64,000 nt of DNA from Bacteroidaceae bacterium (GCA_045603885.1 JAZUMZ010000085.1:132-64131); one strand, 5' to 3'. Positions 19,658-33,461 are shown, counted from the stretch's first letter. The notes: generated by a model not told the origin, from the letters alone. Numbers and translations: made by a program.

Positions 19658-22600
19658 GTGCTTATTCTATACATAGGACTGTTAACTCTCCTTCACATTC
19701 CTGCTTTTCAGAGAAAATTAGGAGAAGCGGCTTCCTCCTATCTCTCCACCTACCTCGGTACAAGTGTCAGTATCGGAAGTATTGATGCAGGTTTTTTAAA
19801 TCAGTTAGTCATAAATGACATAAATATAAAAGACCTTCAAGGCAAGCAAACACTAAATATACAGAAGTCTTCAGTACGTATAGAGATTCTTCCTTTGTTA
19901 CGTGGAGAAATTGAGCTGTCAGCATTGCAGTTATTCGGCTTGGATGCAAAGCTGAACCGTCCCGACCCTACATCCCCCCTGAATATACAATTCATAATTG
20001 ACAAGTTCTCATCAAAACCGTCAGAAGACAAAGAACCTGTAAAATTAGAATTCGGCACCGTTGTTATCCGAAACGGTCATCTGTCCTACGATATTCTATC
20101 AGCACCGGAAACCCCAGGAAAATTTAACGCCTCCCATCTTTCTCTATCGGATATGGAGCTTGTGACTCATCTACACAGCATCAAACCCGACTCATTAGAT
20201 GTCCAGATAGATGAGTTATGTTTTAAGGAAGAGAACACAGGGCTGACAATAGACAATCTCCACACTCACATAACAACATCTGAAGAAAACCTTACTTTAC
20301 AAAACACATACATATTCTTAGGCAAAACAAGAATAAATTCAGGCATTATAAATGCCGGCATCAACTCTTTGAATTCCAAAAAAATATCAATATCCGGCGA
20401 TGTATATGACACACAGATTTGTCCATCAGACTTCTCTTGTTTCTCCGACAAACTCAGCAGTCTCAATACCCTCATCTATGTAAAAACATATTTCTTCTAC
20501 AATCCATCACGTATATATGCTGAAAGCTTGCAACTCCATGATAATGACTTTATCTTTTCCGTTGACGCCGACATTCTGGTTGACGGTTTAGACCTCCCCA
20601 CTCCATCTGTCGATGTAAAATGCAGGGAAGCAAGTATAAAACCATCATTATGGCAGGCATACTCAAAGATATTACCCTCAGGAACGGCTCTCACCTCAAC
20701 AATATCAAAGTTGGGTACAATAAGCACCCGTGGTACCTTCTCATATAATTCCGATGAGATAAGCACAACATCTTTCATCTCATCAGACCTTGGAGAGATC
20801 AGTGTTGATGGAATTTTTCAGAGCAAGAACTACTCAATCAAGGGTCACATAGTTACAAATTCCCTTAACTTGCTTCCGTTGTTACCTGAAACCGGTATCA
20901 ACAATCTTACGACAGATATGGGATTCGACCTGAACATAGGTGATTTAGCAGACATTTCCGGACTGATTAACGGCTCCATAGCAAACATAACTTACAAAGA
21001 TTACAATTTGTCGAACATAGCAGTAGGCGGCAAATTTAACAAAGATTCCTTTGACGGCCAACTATCCGTATCAGATCCGAAATTAGACTTAGATTTCAAT
21101 GGCCAACTTAGCGGACTGTCAACAAAAGATTATAACATCACATCACAACTCAGACTAAACAAATTCACACCATCGCAATTCAAGATTACAGGAAATTACG
21201 CCCAAAACACCTACACTTTATCCGCCAGCGCCGACATCCGCGGCAAGAGTTTGACGGACATGACCGGTTATGTAGAAATAGACAACATCTCCATATCTGG
21301 TCCAAGCACAAATTTCTCTTTTGAAAACATCTCACTTAATGTTCGCAACAACAGCGGCATGACGAAAGACATTGAGTTAACGAGCCCTATTGTCAATGCC
21401 AGGATCCAAGGAGATTACGATTTCAAATCAATAGCTACCTCGCTCAAAGGCGCCGTCAATGCCTTAATGCCTATTACGGGCAATCCAATAAACCAATTAT
21501 TATCCACCAACGACCAATTCTCAATTGCCCTCACTCTTCAAGACCACCCATTTTTACACTCGTTTATAAAAGCTCCATATAGTTTTTCCGGTGCTCTGAA
21601 TGTCAATGGGACAATAGACAGCAAGAGCAGCGAATATAATATATCCGCAGACGTTGACGAGTTTACATACGATCAAAAAAGCATATATTCCCCACACATT
21701 GAATACAACAGCCATGGTTCAAACTGCTCATTATTTTGTAAAGGAACATATATGGACAATGCGAACACCTATTCTGCCTCTCTTTCCGCCCTTTGCAAAG
21801 AACATGACATATCATCTGACATAACACTTCACACAGAAGGCTCAAATCCGTTGGATTTGAGCACCCACATAAGCGGAACCGTTGACTTGGGAAGTTCCTC
21901 AAAACTTGCCCACCTGGCGCTCTCTCCTACAACCGTCCAGCTTTTAAGCCGTAGTTTCACTGTAGAATCCCGTTCATTAGACATATACAGAGATCACCTA
22001 GAAATTGAGGACTTGAAGGTTGACAATGAAGGCCGGTACCTTACAATCAACGGAATCTTATCCAATAATCCTTCCGACCGTCTTATAGCAGACCTGAACG
22101 GTACGAAAATGGGTAGCCTTTTTGAGGTCTTAGGAGCCTCTGTCCGCAATTTAGACGGTTTTGTATATGGTAAATGTGAAGTTTCCAACATCTTGTCATC
22201 ACCTAAGATAGACGCCAATCTGACAGTGAGCGATTTCATGTATAAAGATCTGTTGCTTGGCAATGCATACATAACAGCTAATTGGGACAATAAAGAGACG
22301 GGTATGCGTCTTCGCTGCCAAGTAATTGGCAACGACTATGAAAGTGAAAACCGATTAGCACTTGTAAACGGCTATATATATCCTGATCAAAAAGAAGTCG
22401 ATCTCTCAGCCACATTCAAGAATATCGACGCGATAATACTTGAGAAGCTTATTGGCCGTACTTTCAGGAGTATCATAGGCAAAGTTGACGCACAAGCAAG
22501 TATTCGTGGTCCGTTCAGTGACATACAGATTCTCGGAGAAGGCTATGCAGACGCAGAATTGACATTGCGAGCCACACATGTAGGCTATAAGGTCTCCCCT

Positions 22601-24157
22601 TCCGACCGCATTCAGATAACCACCTCCTCGTTCACATTCAATAACATTCACATAAAAGACAAATACGGCCATACAAACGTGATAAACGGTGTTGTGGGAC
22701 ATAAAGGTTTCAAAAACTTCTCATACACGTTCGACATGAATTTAGACAATCTTCTTCTATACGAGGAAGACACATTCAACAGTGACAAATTCAAAGGCCG
22801 AGTATTTGCAGACGGAGAATTCCACTTAGACGGCTCAGACGGACATCCCCTATACATCAACGCAAACATAACTCCTACCAAGGGTAGTGAGTTCTGCTAT
22901 GACGCCGCTACTCCCGACGCAATTACCCGTAACAGTTTCCTGCAATTCAAGGAACAAGCCCCTGATGACAGCCTTTTGCTATCAATGAACATAGACCCCG
23001 GTTGGTATTGGAGTGTGCGCGACTCCTTACTTTCCAGCACATCAGAAACACCAGTAACACAATATCGCGGTGACATTTTTATGAGTATCGGAATCCGTAT
23101 GAATCCCAATTGCGCTGTAAAGCTACGCATGGACAATGTCGAGGACGGATATATAACTACATACGGAACAGGTAATATTCAAGCAGAATACCACAACAAA
23201 GGCACATTTACCCTGAACGGCACCTACAACATCCAATCCGGCCGTTACCGTCTTTATCTTCAAGACATCATCTACAGAGACTTGGAACTTCAGAGAGGTT
23301 CAGAAGCCGTATTCAACGGTTCTCCTTTTGATGCGGACATTCACTTGATTTGCTGGTACACACTGAACTCAGTACCGTTATCAGACCTGACTTCATCCAT
23401 GCTCACACAGAACAATCGTGTGAAGGTTATTTGTGTTCTTGACATCACAGGCCAATTAGGTAATATGGCATTTAATTTTGACATCAACCTTCCGAATGTA
23501 AGCGATGAGACACGTCAAATAGTGCGTTCCTATATATCTACAGAGGAAGAGATGAACAAGCAGATGATATACCTCCTTGGATTCGGCCGTTTCTTTACAG
23601 ATGAATATGCCCGCGCTACGGGAGAGGGTACATCCAACCAAGCTGTAAACAACCTGCTATCCTCCACTCTCAGCGGTCAGATAAACCAGATATTGTCCAA
23701 TGCCATAGGCACAGACAGCAAATGGAATTTCGGCACAGGTTTATCGACAGGAGAGCGAGGATGGGAAGACATGGATGTTGAGGGAAATCTATCCGGGCAT
23801 CTGCTTGACGACCGTCTTCTCATAAACGGCAACTTCGGCTACCGCGACAATGCCATGACCAACACATCGACATTTGTCGGTGACTTCGACGTGAAATGGC
23901 GACTCAGTCCTAACGGCAACACCTATGTAAAAGCTTACAACCTTACGAATGACCGATATTTCACTAAATCCACCCTTAACACCCAGGGTATCGGTATAAC
24001 CTATCAAAAAGACTTCGAGTCATGGAAAGACCTCTTCAAGAGGCGTAAACGCCCTTCTGCTCCCTCAGAAGTCATTGTTCCTGACACGAACAAATCTGAT
24101 TCTGTGCCAGCTACTTCAGACTTCCTTATTATAAAACCAGATACTACAACACATTAA
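19658..24157 (+). CDS. tamB: Translocation and assembly module protein TamB-like (giant envelope-spanning protein); start codon uncertain
   Basis: About 1500 aa. N-terminal hydrophobic anchor, a long repetitive beta-rich body, and a C-terminal DUF490-like region (GNFGYRDN...VKAYNLTNDRYF). The only canonical in-frame start is the GTG at 19658. Confidence 0.75.
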   Translation: MLILYIGLLTLLHIPAFQRKLGEAASSYLSTYLGTSVSIGSIDAGFLNQLVINDINIKDLQGKQTLNIQKSSVRIEILPLLRGEIELSALQLFGLDAKLNRPDPTSPLNIQFIIDKFSSKPSEDKEPVKLEFGTVVIRNGHLSYDILSAPETPGKFNASHLSLSDMELVTHLHSIKPDSLDVQIDELCFKEENTGLTIDNLHTHITTSEENLTLQNTYIFLGKTRINSGIINAGINSLNSKKISISGDVYDTQICPSDFSCFSDKLSSLNTLIYVKTYFFYNPSRIYAESLQLHDNDFIFSVDADILVDGLDLPTPSVDVKCREASIKPSLWQAYSKILPSGTALTSTISKLGTISTRGTFSYNSDEISTTSFISSDLGEISVDGIFQSKNYSIKGHIVTNSLNLLPLLPETGINNLTTDMGFDLNIGDLADISGLINGSIANITYKDYNLSNIAVGGKFNKDSFDGQLSVSDPKLDLDFNGQLSGLSTKDYNITSQLRLNKFTPSQFKITGNYAQNTYTLSASADIRGKSLTDMTGYVEIDNISISGPSTNFSFENISLNVRNNSGMTKDIELTSPIVNARIQGDYDFKSIATSLKGAVNALMPITGNPINQLLSTNDQFSIALTLQDHPFLHSFIKAPYSFSGALNVNGTIDSKSSEYNISADVDEFTYDQKSIYSPHIEYNSHGSNCSLFCKGTYMDNANTYSASLSALCKEHDISSDITLHTEGSNPLDLSTHISGTVDLGSSSKLAHLALSPTTVQLLSRSFTVESRSLDIYRDHLEIEDLKVDNEGRYLTINGILSNNPSDRLIADLNGTKMGSLFEVLGASVRNLDGFVYGKCEVSNILSSPKIDANLTVSDFMYKDLLLGNAYITANWDNKETGMRLRCQVIGNDYESENRLALVNGYIYPDQKEVDLSATFKNIDAIILEKLIGRTFRSIIGKVDAQASIRGPFSDIQILGEGYADAELTLRATHVGYKVSPSDRIQITTSSFTFNNIHIKDKYGHTNVINGVVGHKGFKNFSYTFDMNLDNLLLYEEDTFNSDKFKGRVFADGEFHLDGSDGHPLYINANITPTKGSEFCYDAATPDAITRNSFLQFKEQAPDDSLLLSMNIDPGWYWSVRDSLLSSTSETPVTQYRGDIFMSIGIRMNPNCAVKLRMDNVEDGYITTYGTGNIQAEYHNKGTFTLNGTYNIQSGRYRLYLQDIIYRDLELQRGSEAVFNGSPFDADIHLICWYTLNSVPLSDLTSSMLTQNNRVKVICVLDITGQLGNMAFNFDINLPNVSDETRQIVRSYISTEEEMNKQMIYLLGFGRFFTDEYARATGEGTSNQAVNNLLSSTLSGQINQILSNAIGTDSKWNFGTGLSTGERGWEDMDVEGNLSGHLLDDRLLINGNFGYRDNAMTNTSTFVGDFDVKWRLSPNGNTYVKAYNLTNDRYFTKSTLNTQGIGITYQKDFESWKDLFKRRKRPSAPSEVIVPDTNKSDSVPATSDFLIIKPDTTTH

Positions 24158-24170
24158 AATCTTTATCACT

Positions 24171-26183
24171 ATGAAGAATTACGGATATTGTAGAGTCGCC
24201 TCATCAATCCCCGCCGTAAAAGTGGGCGATTGCATGTTTAACGCCAAGTCGATACTCAGCCAGATTAAATCCGCTCAGGAAAACGGAGTGTCTGTGATTT
24301 GTTTTCCCGAGTTATGCCTGACCGGCTATACTTGTGGTGATCTTTTCAGCCAGAAATTACTTCTTAAAAATGCTCAGCGCGCCTTAGAATTCATATTGTC
24401 GAACAATGTTATAGACATCATATCCATAGTCGGTATGCCTCTAGAGGTGAACAATATGCTGTTCAACTGTGCTGTGGTAATCCAAGACCACAGAATATTA
24501 GGCATAGTCCCCAAAACTTATATTCCGAACTACAAGGAATTCTACGAGAAGCGTTGGTTTGAAAGCGGTTCGGTACTACCGACTGACGAGTATCACATTA
24601 TGGATTCCTCTTATCCATTTGGTAAGAATCTGATTTTCAGAATATCAAACGAATATCCGGATATAGATTTCACCTTTGGCATAGAAATCTGCGAGGATGT
24701 ATGGACCACCATTCCGCCCAGCAGCTCACTTGCTCTTCATGGCGCCGAGATAATATTCAACCTATCCGCCTCCAATGACATAATAAGCAAACACGCATAT
24801 CTCAAACAGATGCTCTCCCAACAGTCAGCAAAGTGTATGAGTGGATATGTCTATTCATCTTGTGGGTTTGGAGAGTCCACACAAGATCTGGTATTCGGCG
24901 GCAAAGCCTTAATATATGAGAATGGAAACTTGCTTAAAGAATCATCTCGCTTTGAATTAGATCCCCAAACTATAATCGCCGACATTGATATCGAACGTAT
25001 TTCCTCCGACCGCAGGGGCAACACAAATTTCGGTCAGTCTCTCCAATATGTCAGCCGTAACGAGTCAAAATATTATGACATCGTCACTTCATGTTATAAC
25101 TATCCCGATTACGACCGAATGCCATTGGAACGTGCCATAATCCCCCACCCGTTTGTACCGTCAGGCAATGCCCTTGACGAGCGCTGCGAGGAAATATTCT
25201 CCATTCAGGTGATGGGACTTGCCCAACGTATCCGCCATGTGAATGCCGGCAGCATTGTTATTGGCGTAAGCGGCGGTTTAGACTCAACCCTAGCTCTGCT
25301 TGTATGTGTAAAGACAATGGACAAGCTTCAACGCAGCCGCAAAGACATTATAGGAGTCACGATGCCAGGTTTTGGCACAACAGGAAGGACCTACAACAAC
25401 TCCATCTCCCTGATGAAAGAGCTTGGCGTGACAATCCGTGAAATCAGCATCAAAGACGCATGCATCCAGCATTTCAAAGATATAGGGCACGACATGGAGA
25501 CGTTTGATGTGACATACGAAAACGGTCAGGCTCGTGAGCGCACCCAGATTCTTATGGACGTAGCCAATCAGACAAACGGCTTTGTAGTAGGTACCGGAGA
25601 CTTGTCGGAATTGGCTCTTGGATGGTGTACCTATAATGCCGACCACATGTCGAATTACAGTGTCAACTGCTCAATCCCAAAAACTCTTGTCAGGCATCTC
25701 GTAGCCTGGGTGTCCTCAAACAGCATAGACAAAGCCGCCAAGAAGACTTTGGATGACATAATCAACACCCCTATCAGTCCGGAGCTTACTCCCGCGGATG
25801 AGAAAGGTAACATAAAACAGAAGACCGAAGACCTGGTCGGCCCCTATGAACTTCATGACTTCTTCCTTTACAATTTCCTTCGTTGCTGTTTCCGGCCAGA
25901 AAAGATTTATTTCCTCGCATGCAAGGTCTTCGCTCTCAAGTCCAACAAAGGTAATCCCGGATATGGCAACCGTCCGTCATATTATGACGAGTCAACTATA
26001 AAGAAATGGCTTACCGTATTCTGCCGCCGTTTCTTCACCCAGCAGTTCAAACGCTCTTGTCTTCCCGACGGCCCGAAAGTGGGTAGTGTGAGCCTGAGCC
26101 CTCGAGGTGACTGGCGTATGCCGAGCGACGCATCATTCCGTGAATGGGTTGAAGAGTGTGACAATATCGGTAAGAAATCTTAG
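24171..26183 (+). CDS. nadE: Glutamine-dependent NAD(+) synthetase
   Basis: N-terminal CN-hydrolase domain (CFPELCLTGYTCGDLF, EICEDVW) fused to an NAD synthetase domain with the PP-loop GVSGGLDSTL. Confidence 0.9.
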   Translation: MKNYGYCRVASSIPAVKVGDCMFNAKSILSQIKSAQENGVSVICFPELCLTGYTCGDLFSQKLLLKNAQRALEFILSNNVIDIISIVGMPLEVNNMLFNCAVVIQDHRILGIVPKTYIPNYKEFYEKRWFESGSVLPTDEYHIMDSSYPFGKNLIFRISNEYPDIDFTFGIEICEDVWTTIPPSSSLALHGAEIIFNLSASNDIISKHAYLKQMLSQQSAKCMSGYVYSSCGFGESTQDLVFGGKALIYENGNLLKESSRFELDPQTIIADIDIERISSDRRGNTNFGQSLQYVSRNESKYYDIVTSCYNYPDYDRMPLERAIIPHPFVPSGNALDERCEEIFSIQVMGLAQRIRHVNAGSIVIGVSGGLDSTLALLVCVKTMDKLQRSRKDIIGVTMPGFGTTGRTYNNSISLMKELGVTIREISIKDACIQHFKDIGHDMETFDVTYENGQARERTQILMDVANQTNGFVVGTGDLSELALGWCTYNADHMSNYSVNCSIPKTLVRHLVAWVSSNSIDKAAKKTLDDIINTPISPELTPADEKGNIKQKTEDLVGPYELHDFFLYNFLRCCFRPEKIYFLACKVFALKSNKGNPGYGNRPSYYDESTIKKWLTVFCRRFFTQQFKRSCLPDGPKVGSVSLSPRGDWRMPSDASFREWVEECDNIGKKS

Positions 26184-26227
26184 TATCTCCCACATTTTAA
26201 CACCATACAAAATATACAAACAATCAT

Positions 26228-26264
26228 AGCAAGAGGCGGCCAATTATGATGGTCGCCTCTTGCT
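26228..26264. terminator. Bidirectional hairpin terminator between convergent nadE and the GH2 gene
   Basis: An 11-bp stem, AGCAAGAGGCG ... CGCCTCTTGCT. Confidence 0.65.
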
Positions 26265-26289
26265 TATTGTCAAATAACAGATTGTTGCT

Positions 26290-29415
<3,126 letters not shown>

Positions 29416-29481
29416 TTAGTTGATTGTTAGAATATTTTTACAAAAATACGCAATTAGTATGAATATTTCAACAAAAATAGG

Positions 29482-29489
29482 TAAATTTG
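29482..29489 (+). promoter_or_regulatory. Bacteroidota -7 promoter box (TAAATTTG)
   Basis: TAnnTTTG match 51 nt upstream of the ATG at 29540. It lies inside the 5' extension of the ORF-track model, which argues against the 29420 start. Confidence 0.5.
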
Positions 29490-29539
29490 CAAAAAAATTC
29501 ATACTTTTTTTGAACAGAGAAAATTTAACCGAGAAAATC

Positions 29540-31408
29540 ATGAAGAAAATTTTTACGACAATAGCCACAGCATTGTTAATTTCTCAAAGTCTGTATTCCC
29601 AGACAGACACCATCAATATTAACGACGTGGTTGTGACCGGCACCCGCAGAGCCGCTGATGTCCGCCACTTACCATTCACGGTCAACACTGTCAACCGAGA
29701 CATTCTAACCTCCAACGAACAGCCGTCAATTCTCCCCACGTTGAGCCAGCAAATACCAGGGTTGTTTATCGGCAGCCGTGGCGTTATGGGTTATGGTGTA
29801 AGCAGCGGTCATGCCGGCGACATCAATCTTCGAGGCATAAGCAGTCCAAACGGCCAATTGATGGTCTTGATAGACGGTCATCCCCAATATAATGGCATCT
29901 ATAGTCATCCCATCTCCGACATCTACCAGACGATGATGGCAGAGCGCGTTGAGGTTCTTCGCGGTCCCGCCTCCATGCTCTACGGCTCAAACGCTATGGG
30001 CGGCGTCATCAACATCGTGACCCGCGGGATGAAGGATGACGGAATGAAGACCACTTTAAACGTTGGCGGTGGCAGCTATGGCACATTCCAGTCGGAAGCT
30101 TCCAACCAGATAAAAAGCGGTCGTTTCAGCTCCACTGTATCGGCACAATACAACCGTTCTGACAACCATCGTCCCCGGATGGGCTTTGAGCAATATGGCG
30201 GCCATGTCAAGCTTGGATATGAGCTGAGCGACAACTGGAACACCTTTTTCGACGGAGAAATCAGCCATTTCAACGCCTCTTACCCAGGCAGCGTGAGCAG
30301 TCCGCTATATGACGCCGACCAATGGATTACCCGCGGCGCGGTATCTGCCGGGATTGACAACCACTATGAAAAGACAAACGGCTCACTAAGCGTATATTCC
30401 AATTTCGGATACCACAAGATAGACGACGGGACGAGTGACGCATCTAATCCCACAAAACGCTATTTCCGCTCACGCGACAACCTCGCAGGAATCTCACTTT
30501 ATCAGAGCGCGCGTCTATTTGAGGGCAACATCACCACATTGGGATTTGACTACCAACATATCTATGGACGGGCTTGGTACACATCCAAAGAGACCGGCAA
30601 GACGATGGCCACTCCCAACAAGCAAAGCGGCCATTCCCACAGGAACGAGATTGCAGTCTACGCTGACTTCCGCCAAGACCTGACATCATGGTTAACAATA
30701 GATGCCGGCATCCGCTTTGACCACCACAACATAACGGGCAGCGAGTGGATTCCTCAGGGCGGCATTGTATTCCGTCCGGTTGAGAACAGTGCCTTAAAAG
30801 CGATGATAAGCAAAGGCTTCCGCAATCCCTCGATGCGTGAGATGTATCTTTACCCGTCCTCAAACATCGACCTTAAACCCGAACGAATCGTAAACTACGA
30901 GCTGTCTTGGCGTCATAAGGTATGCAAGCTGTCTTACGGCTTGAATCTCTTCTATCTTAAAGGCGACAACATGATTGAGCCTTTGATGGGAGCCACCGGT
31001 CCAAAAAACATCAACACAGGAGAGATAGAAAACCGCGGCTTGGAATTAGAAGGCAGCTATAGAATCAACAACCATTGGAGCGTGAATACCAACCACAGCT
31101 TCCTGCACATGAAAAACGAAATCGCCGGCGCACCAGAATACAAAGGCTTTGCCGGGGCTGATTTCACAAGCGGCAAATGGGGTGTTACAGCCGGACTTCA
31201 GTATATCGACGGACTTTACACATCATCTGACACCTCAATCCCTCAGGAAGACTTCTGGCTTCTCAACGCCACCGTTCGCTATGAAGTACTTCCCAAGCTG
31301 ACATTGTGGGCAAAAGGCGAGAACCTGTTAGCACAGAAATATGAGATTAACGCAGGCTACCCTATGCCAAAAGCCACATTCATGGGCGGTGTCAAATTTG
31401 AATTCTGA
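29540..31408 (+). CDS. TonB-dependent receptor (small, BtuB/siderophore-receptor size class)
   Basis: MKKIFTTIATALLISQSLYSQ signal peptide. Plug-domain blocks (INDVVVTGTR, VEVLRGPASMLYGSNAMGGVINIVT). C-terminal ...GGVKFEF. Confidence 0.85.
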   Translation: MKKIFTTIATALLISQSLYSQTDTININDVVVTGTRRAADVRHLPFTVNTVNRDILTSNEQPSILPTLSQQIPGLFIGSRGVMGYGVSSGHAGDINLRGISSPNGQLMVLIDGHPQYNGIYSHPISDIYQTMMAERVEVLRGPASMLYGSNAMGGVINIVTRGMKDDGMKTTLNVGGGSYGTFQSEASNQIKSGRFSSTVSAQYNRSDNHRPRMGFEQYGGHVKLGYELSDNWNTFFDGEISHFNASYPGSVSSPLYDADQWITRGAVSAGIDNHYEKTNGSLSVYSNFGYHKIDDGTSDASNPTKRYFRSRDNLAGISLYQSARLFEGNITTLGFDYQHIYGRAWYTSKETGKTMATPNKQSGHSHRNEIAVYADFRQDLTSWLTIDAGIRFDHHNITGSEWIPQGGIVFRPVENSALKAMISKGFRNPSMREMYLYPSSNIDLKPERIVNYELSWRHKVCKLSYGLNLFYLKGDNMIEPLMGATGPKNINTGEIENRGLELEGSYRINNHWSVNTNHSFLHMKNEIAGAPEYKGFAGADFTSGKWGVTAGLQYIDGLYTSSDTSIPQEDFWLLNATVRYEVLPKLTLWAKGENLLAQKYEINAGYPMPKATFMGGVKFEF

Positions 31409-32551
31409 TTCATAAAGATAATAACGACTAAATTTCAACTAAAGGGTACTTCAATAAATTAGCCAGTTTGGCACACCTGCAAAATCCCGTGTTTCCTTTT
31501 TTTTTTACAAAAACATAAACAACACTTTTGTTGATATCAATCTTTTCAAGATTATCGTTTGGCATTGATGGTGACTGCCTGTAAACAAGTTTACGTCATC
31601 CACCATCAACACTAACCGCCGCATTTCATGCTCTGAAATCAACAAAAGCAAAAACAAAAAAACAAGTGGTTCTGTTTTTCTGACAGAACAAACAGTTTTG
31701 TCTTGTCTGATGTTTTCTTGCGATAGCGTGTTTTTGCCTCTTGAAAGTTTTGGTATTCGTGAGAATACGTTTTGATGTTGAAAGGAAGATGGTCTGGTCG
31801 AGGCAGAACTGGACCCTCCTCATAGTTTCATCCACTCTGCCTCGTGCTTTCAATGTAATATTTCTCGTCGGGAACATAGTTATGAAAAATAGGCAAAACA
31901 TCAAAAGGACAGAATTATAATTTTTATTATTTACTCAACTTTCGCAAGTTGCATATAAATGATTCACAAATATATACAGCAAATTTTATACAATGAATTA
32001 TTATAGAGTCTCACAGAACCGACGAACGCAGCAAGTGTAGAGACAAAGCGCGCTTTGGCTATACCTTGCAAGAAGGAGGAAGACAAAAGTCAAATAAAGA
32101 AAATAAAAGAAAAATAGTGACCTTGTCACAATTAAAGTGGAAATAGCAGAAATAGCAACTCTGAATATTTCTAAAGTGCCAAAGGCACGTGATTTTCTTC
32201 CAGACAATTATGTCACGATTGCCTACGGAGAACTTTCTTCGTCTCAACAATGTATAAGCTTAACATTGTATTCTGCTTAACCGAAAGTTTGGACAGAGAT
32301 TATACAAGCTTATCCCAGCACTTGCTACTCCAGCATTTCTTTTATTTCTGCGAGACAAAAAAACATAGAAAAGAACTTGCGAAACTTGAATATACTTTAT
32401 TCTAAATAAAGGTGTAAAGATACCACGATGTTCCCAATAAGCGAGCAATGTTTCAGATTCTCAAATTTGGATGTATTTGAGTCTATATGCTGTTTAAAAC
32501 TCCGAATATTCTGTTATAGACTTTTTAATGCGCAGCAAAGTAGATTTTTAA

Positions 32552-33330
32552 TCAAAGATTGTTCAAAGCCTCTCTGCCCTTATTCATCAAATAGTATGAT
32601 TGCATAGGATGGTTTGGAGTCTCCGGGTATAGCATGTCAATATAACCTGCTTCTATGTTGGGGGTAATATAAGTAGAAACAAATCCTTTCCTGTCCTTAC
32701 GCAGCAGCACTTCCATTAGAACTTTCAAATTGGCACCATTTTCCCCGATTGCAGTTAATAATGTTTTCAACCGTTTCAACTTTGCATCCTCTCGCTTTGA
32801 GGTTGTGGGGGTTGTGGGGGGGTAACTTGTGGGGTTGTATGGTTGTAAGGTTGTATGGTATTCCTTTTGAATGTTACCCAAACGAAAGATGCGTTCTGGT
32901 TGTATTCGGGTTCGGGAAGGTTTGCCTCTCGACAGGCATCCATAATACGACCGACACCGCTACCCCAGTTCTCCAAGAATGTGGTTTTGAAGAGTACGTC
33001 GGCAATGGTTGGGTTCTGTGGAAATGAATGATGCGACTGCTTGATGGTCTCTGTGGTCAACTCCTCTGGGAGATGGCCTGAATTCTCAATCTCAATGCGG
33101 TCATCATAGATGGCGATGCCTACAGAACTGCTTGTGTTGTGGAAAAAACGATGACAAAGCGCATTCGTTAAAGCCTCTCGCAGTGCTTCTGCTGGAACTT
33201 CCAGTTTCTCTTATCTCGTAAAACCAACTATCTTTCCGCTGATTGAAAGGTGTTTGAAGAAGAAAGCCATGCTTGCATCCAAAAGCGTGAAGAAGTTACC
33301 AGTCCGGTATGTAACGACTGAGACTTCAAC
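32552..33330 (-). pseudogene. Decayed gene for a RecG-like ATP-binding protein (AlbA_2/HATPase_c_4 type); 5' part missing, in-frame stop and frameshift
   Basis: Minus-strand translation gives ...VPAEALREALTNALCHRFFHNTSSSVGIAIYDDRIEIENSGHLPEE...ENWGSGVGRIMDACREANLPEPEY. A stop (TR*EKLEV) lies upstream. The frame changes inside the Pro/Thr linker, which is encoded by a GGTTGTG-type repeat with a G7 run at 32816-32822. The C-terminal winged-helix-like part continues in the 32552-32881 frame. Confidence 0.6.
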
Positions 33331-33423
33331 TTCACAAAAAGTGATCAGAAAGAACTCTTAGACAAATTCTGGCAAAGTCAATTTACGAATTTACGAAAAT
33401 ATATCAAAAAAATATGTGAAAAT

Positions 33424-33455
33424 TTTGTTGGTTTCAAAAAAAAATTATAATTTTG
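33424..33455 (+). promoter_or_regulatory. Bacteroidota promoter of island-A operon (-33 TTTG at 33424-33427, -7 TAATTTTG at 33448-33455)
   Basis: Both boxes are present with a 20-nt spacer. The same arrangement is conserved in the second copy at 48582-48612. Confidence 0.6.
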
Positions 33456-33461
33456 CATTTG

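Noticed and set aside
29420-29539. 5' extension of the TonB receptor ORF (ORF-track start at 29420).
   Set aside because: The extension has no signal-peptide character and contains the TAAATTTG promoter box at 29482-29489. The ATG at 29540 gives a canonical signal peptide.
31626-32448. Small ORFs 31626-31904(-), 32001-32207(-), 32059-32250(-) and 32260-32448(-) in the AT-rich gap.
   Set aside because: They have no recognisable similarity and mutually overlapping frames, and they are basic and low-complexity as expected from AT-rich non-coding DNA. They are left unannotated, and the region is reported as a finding instead.
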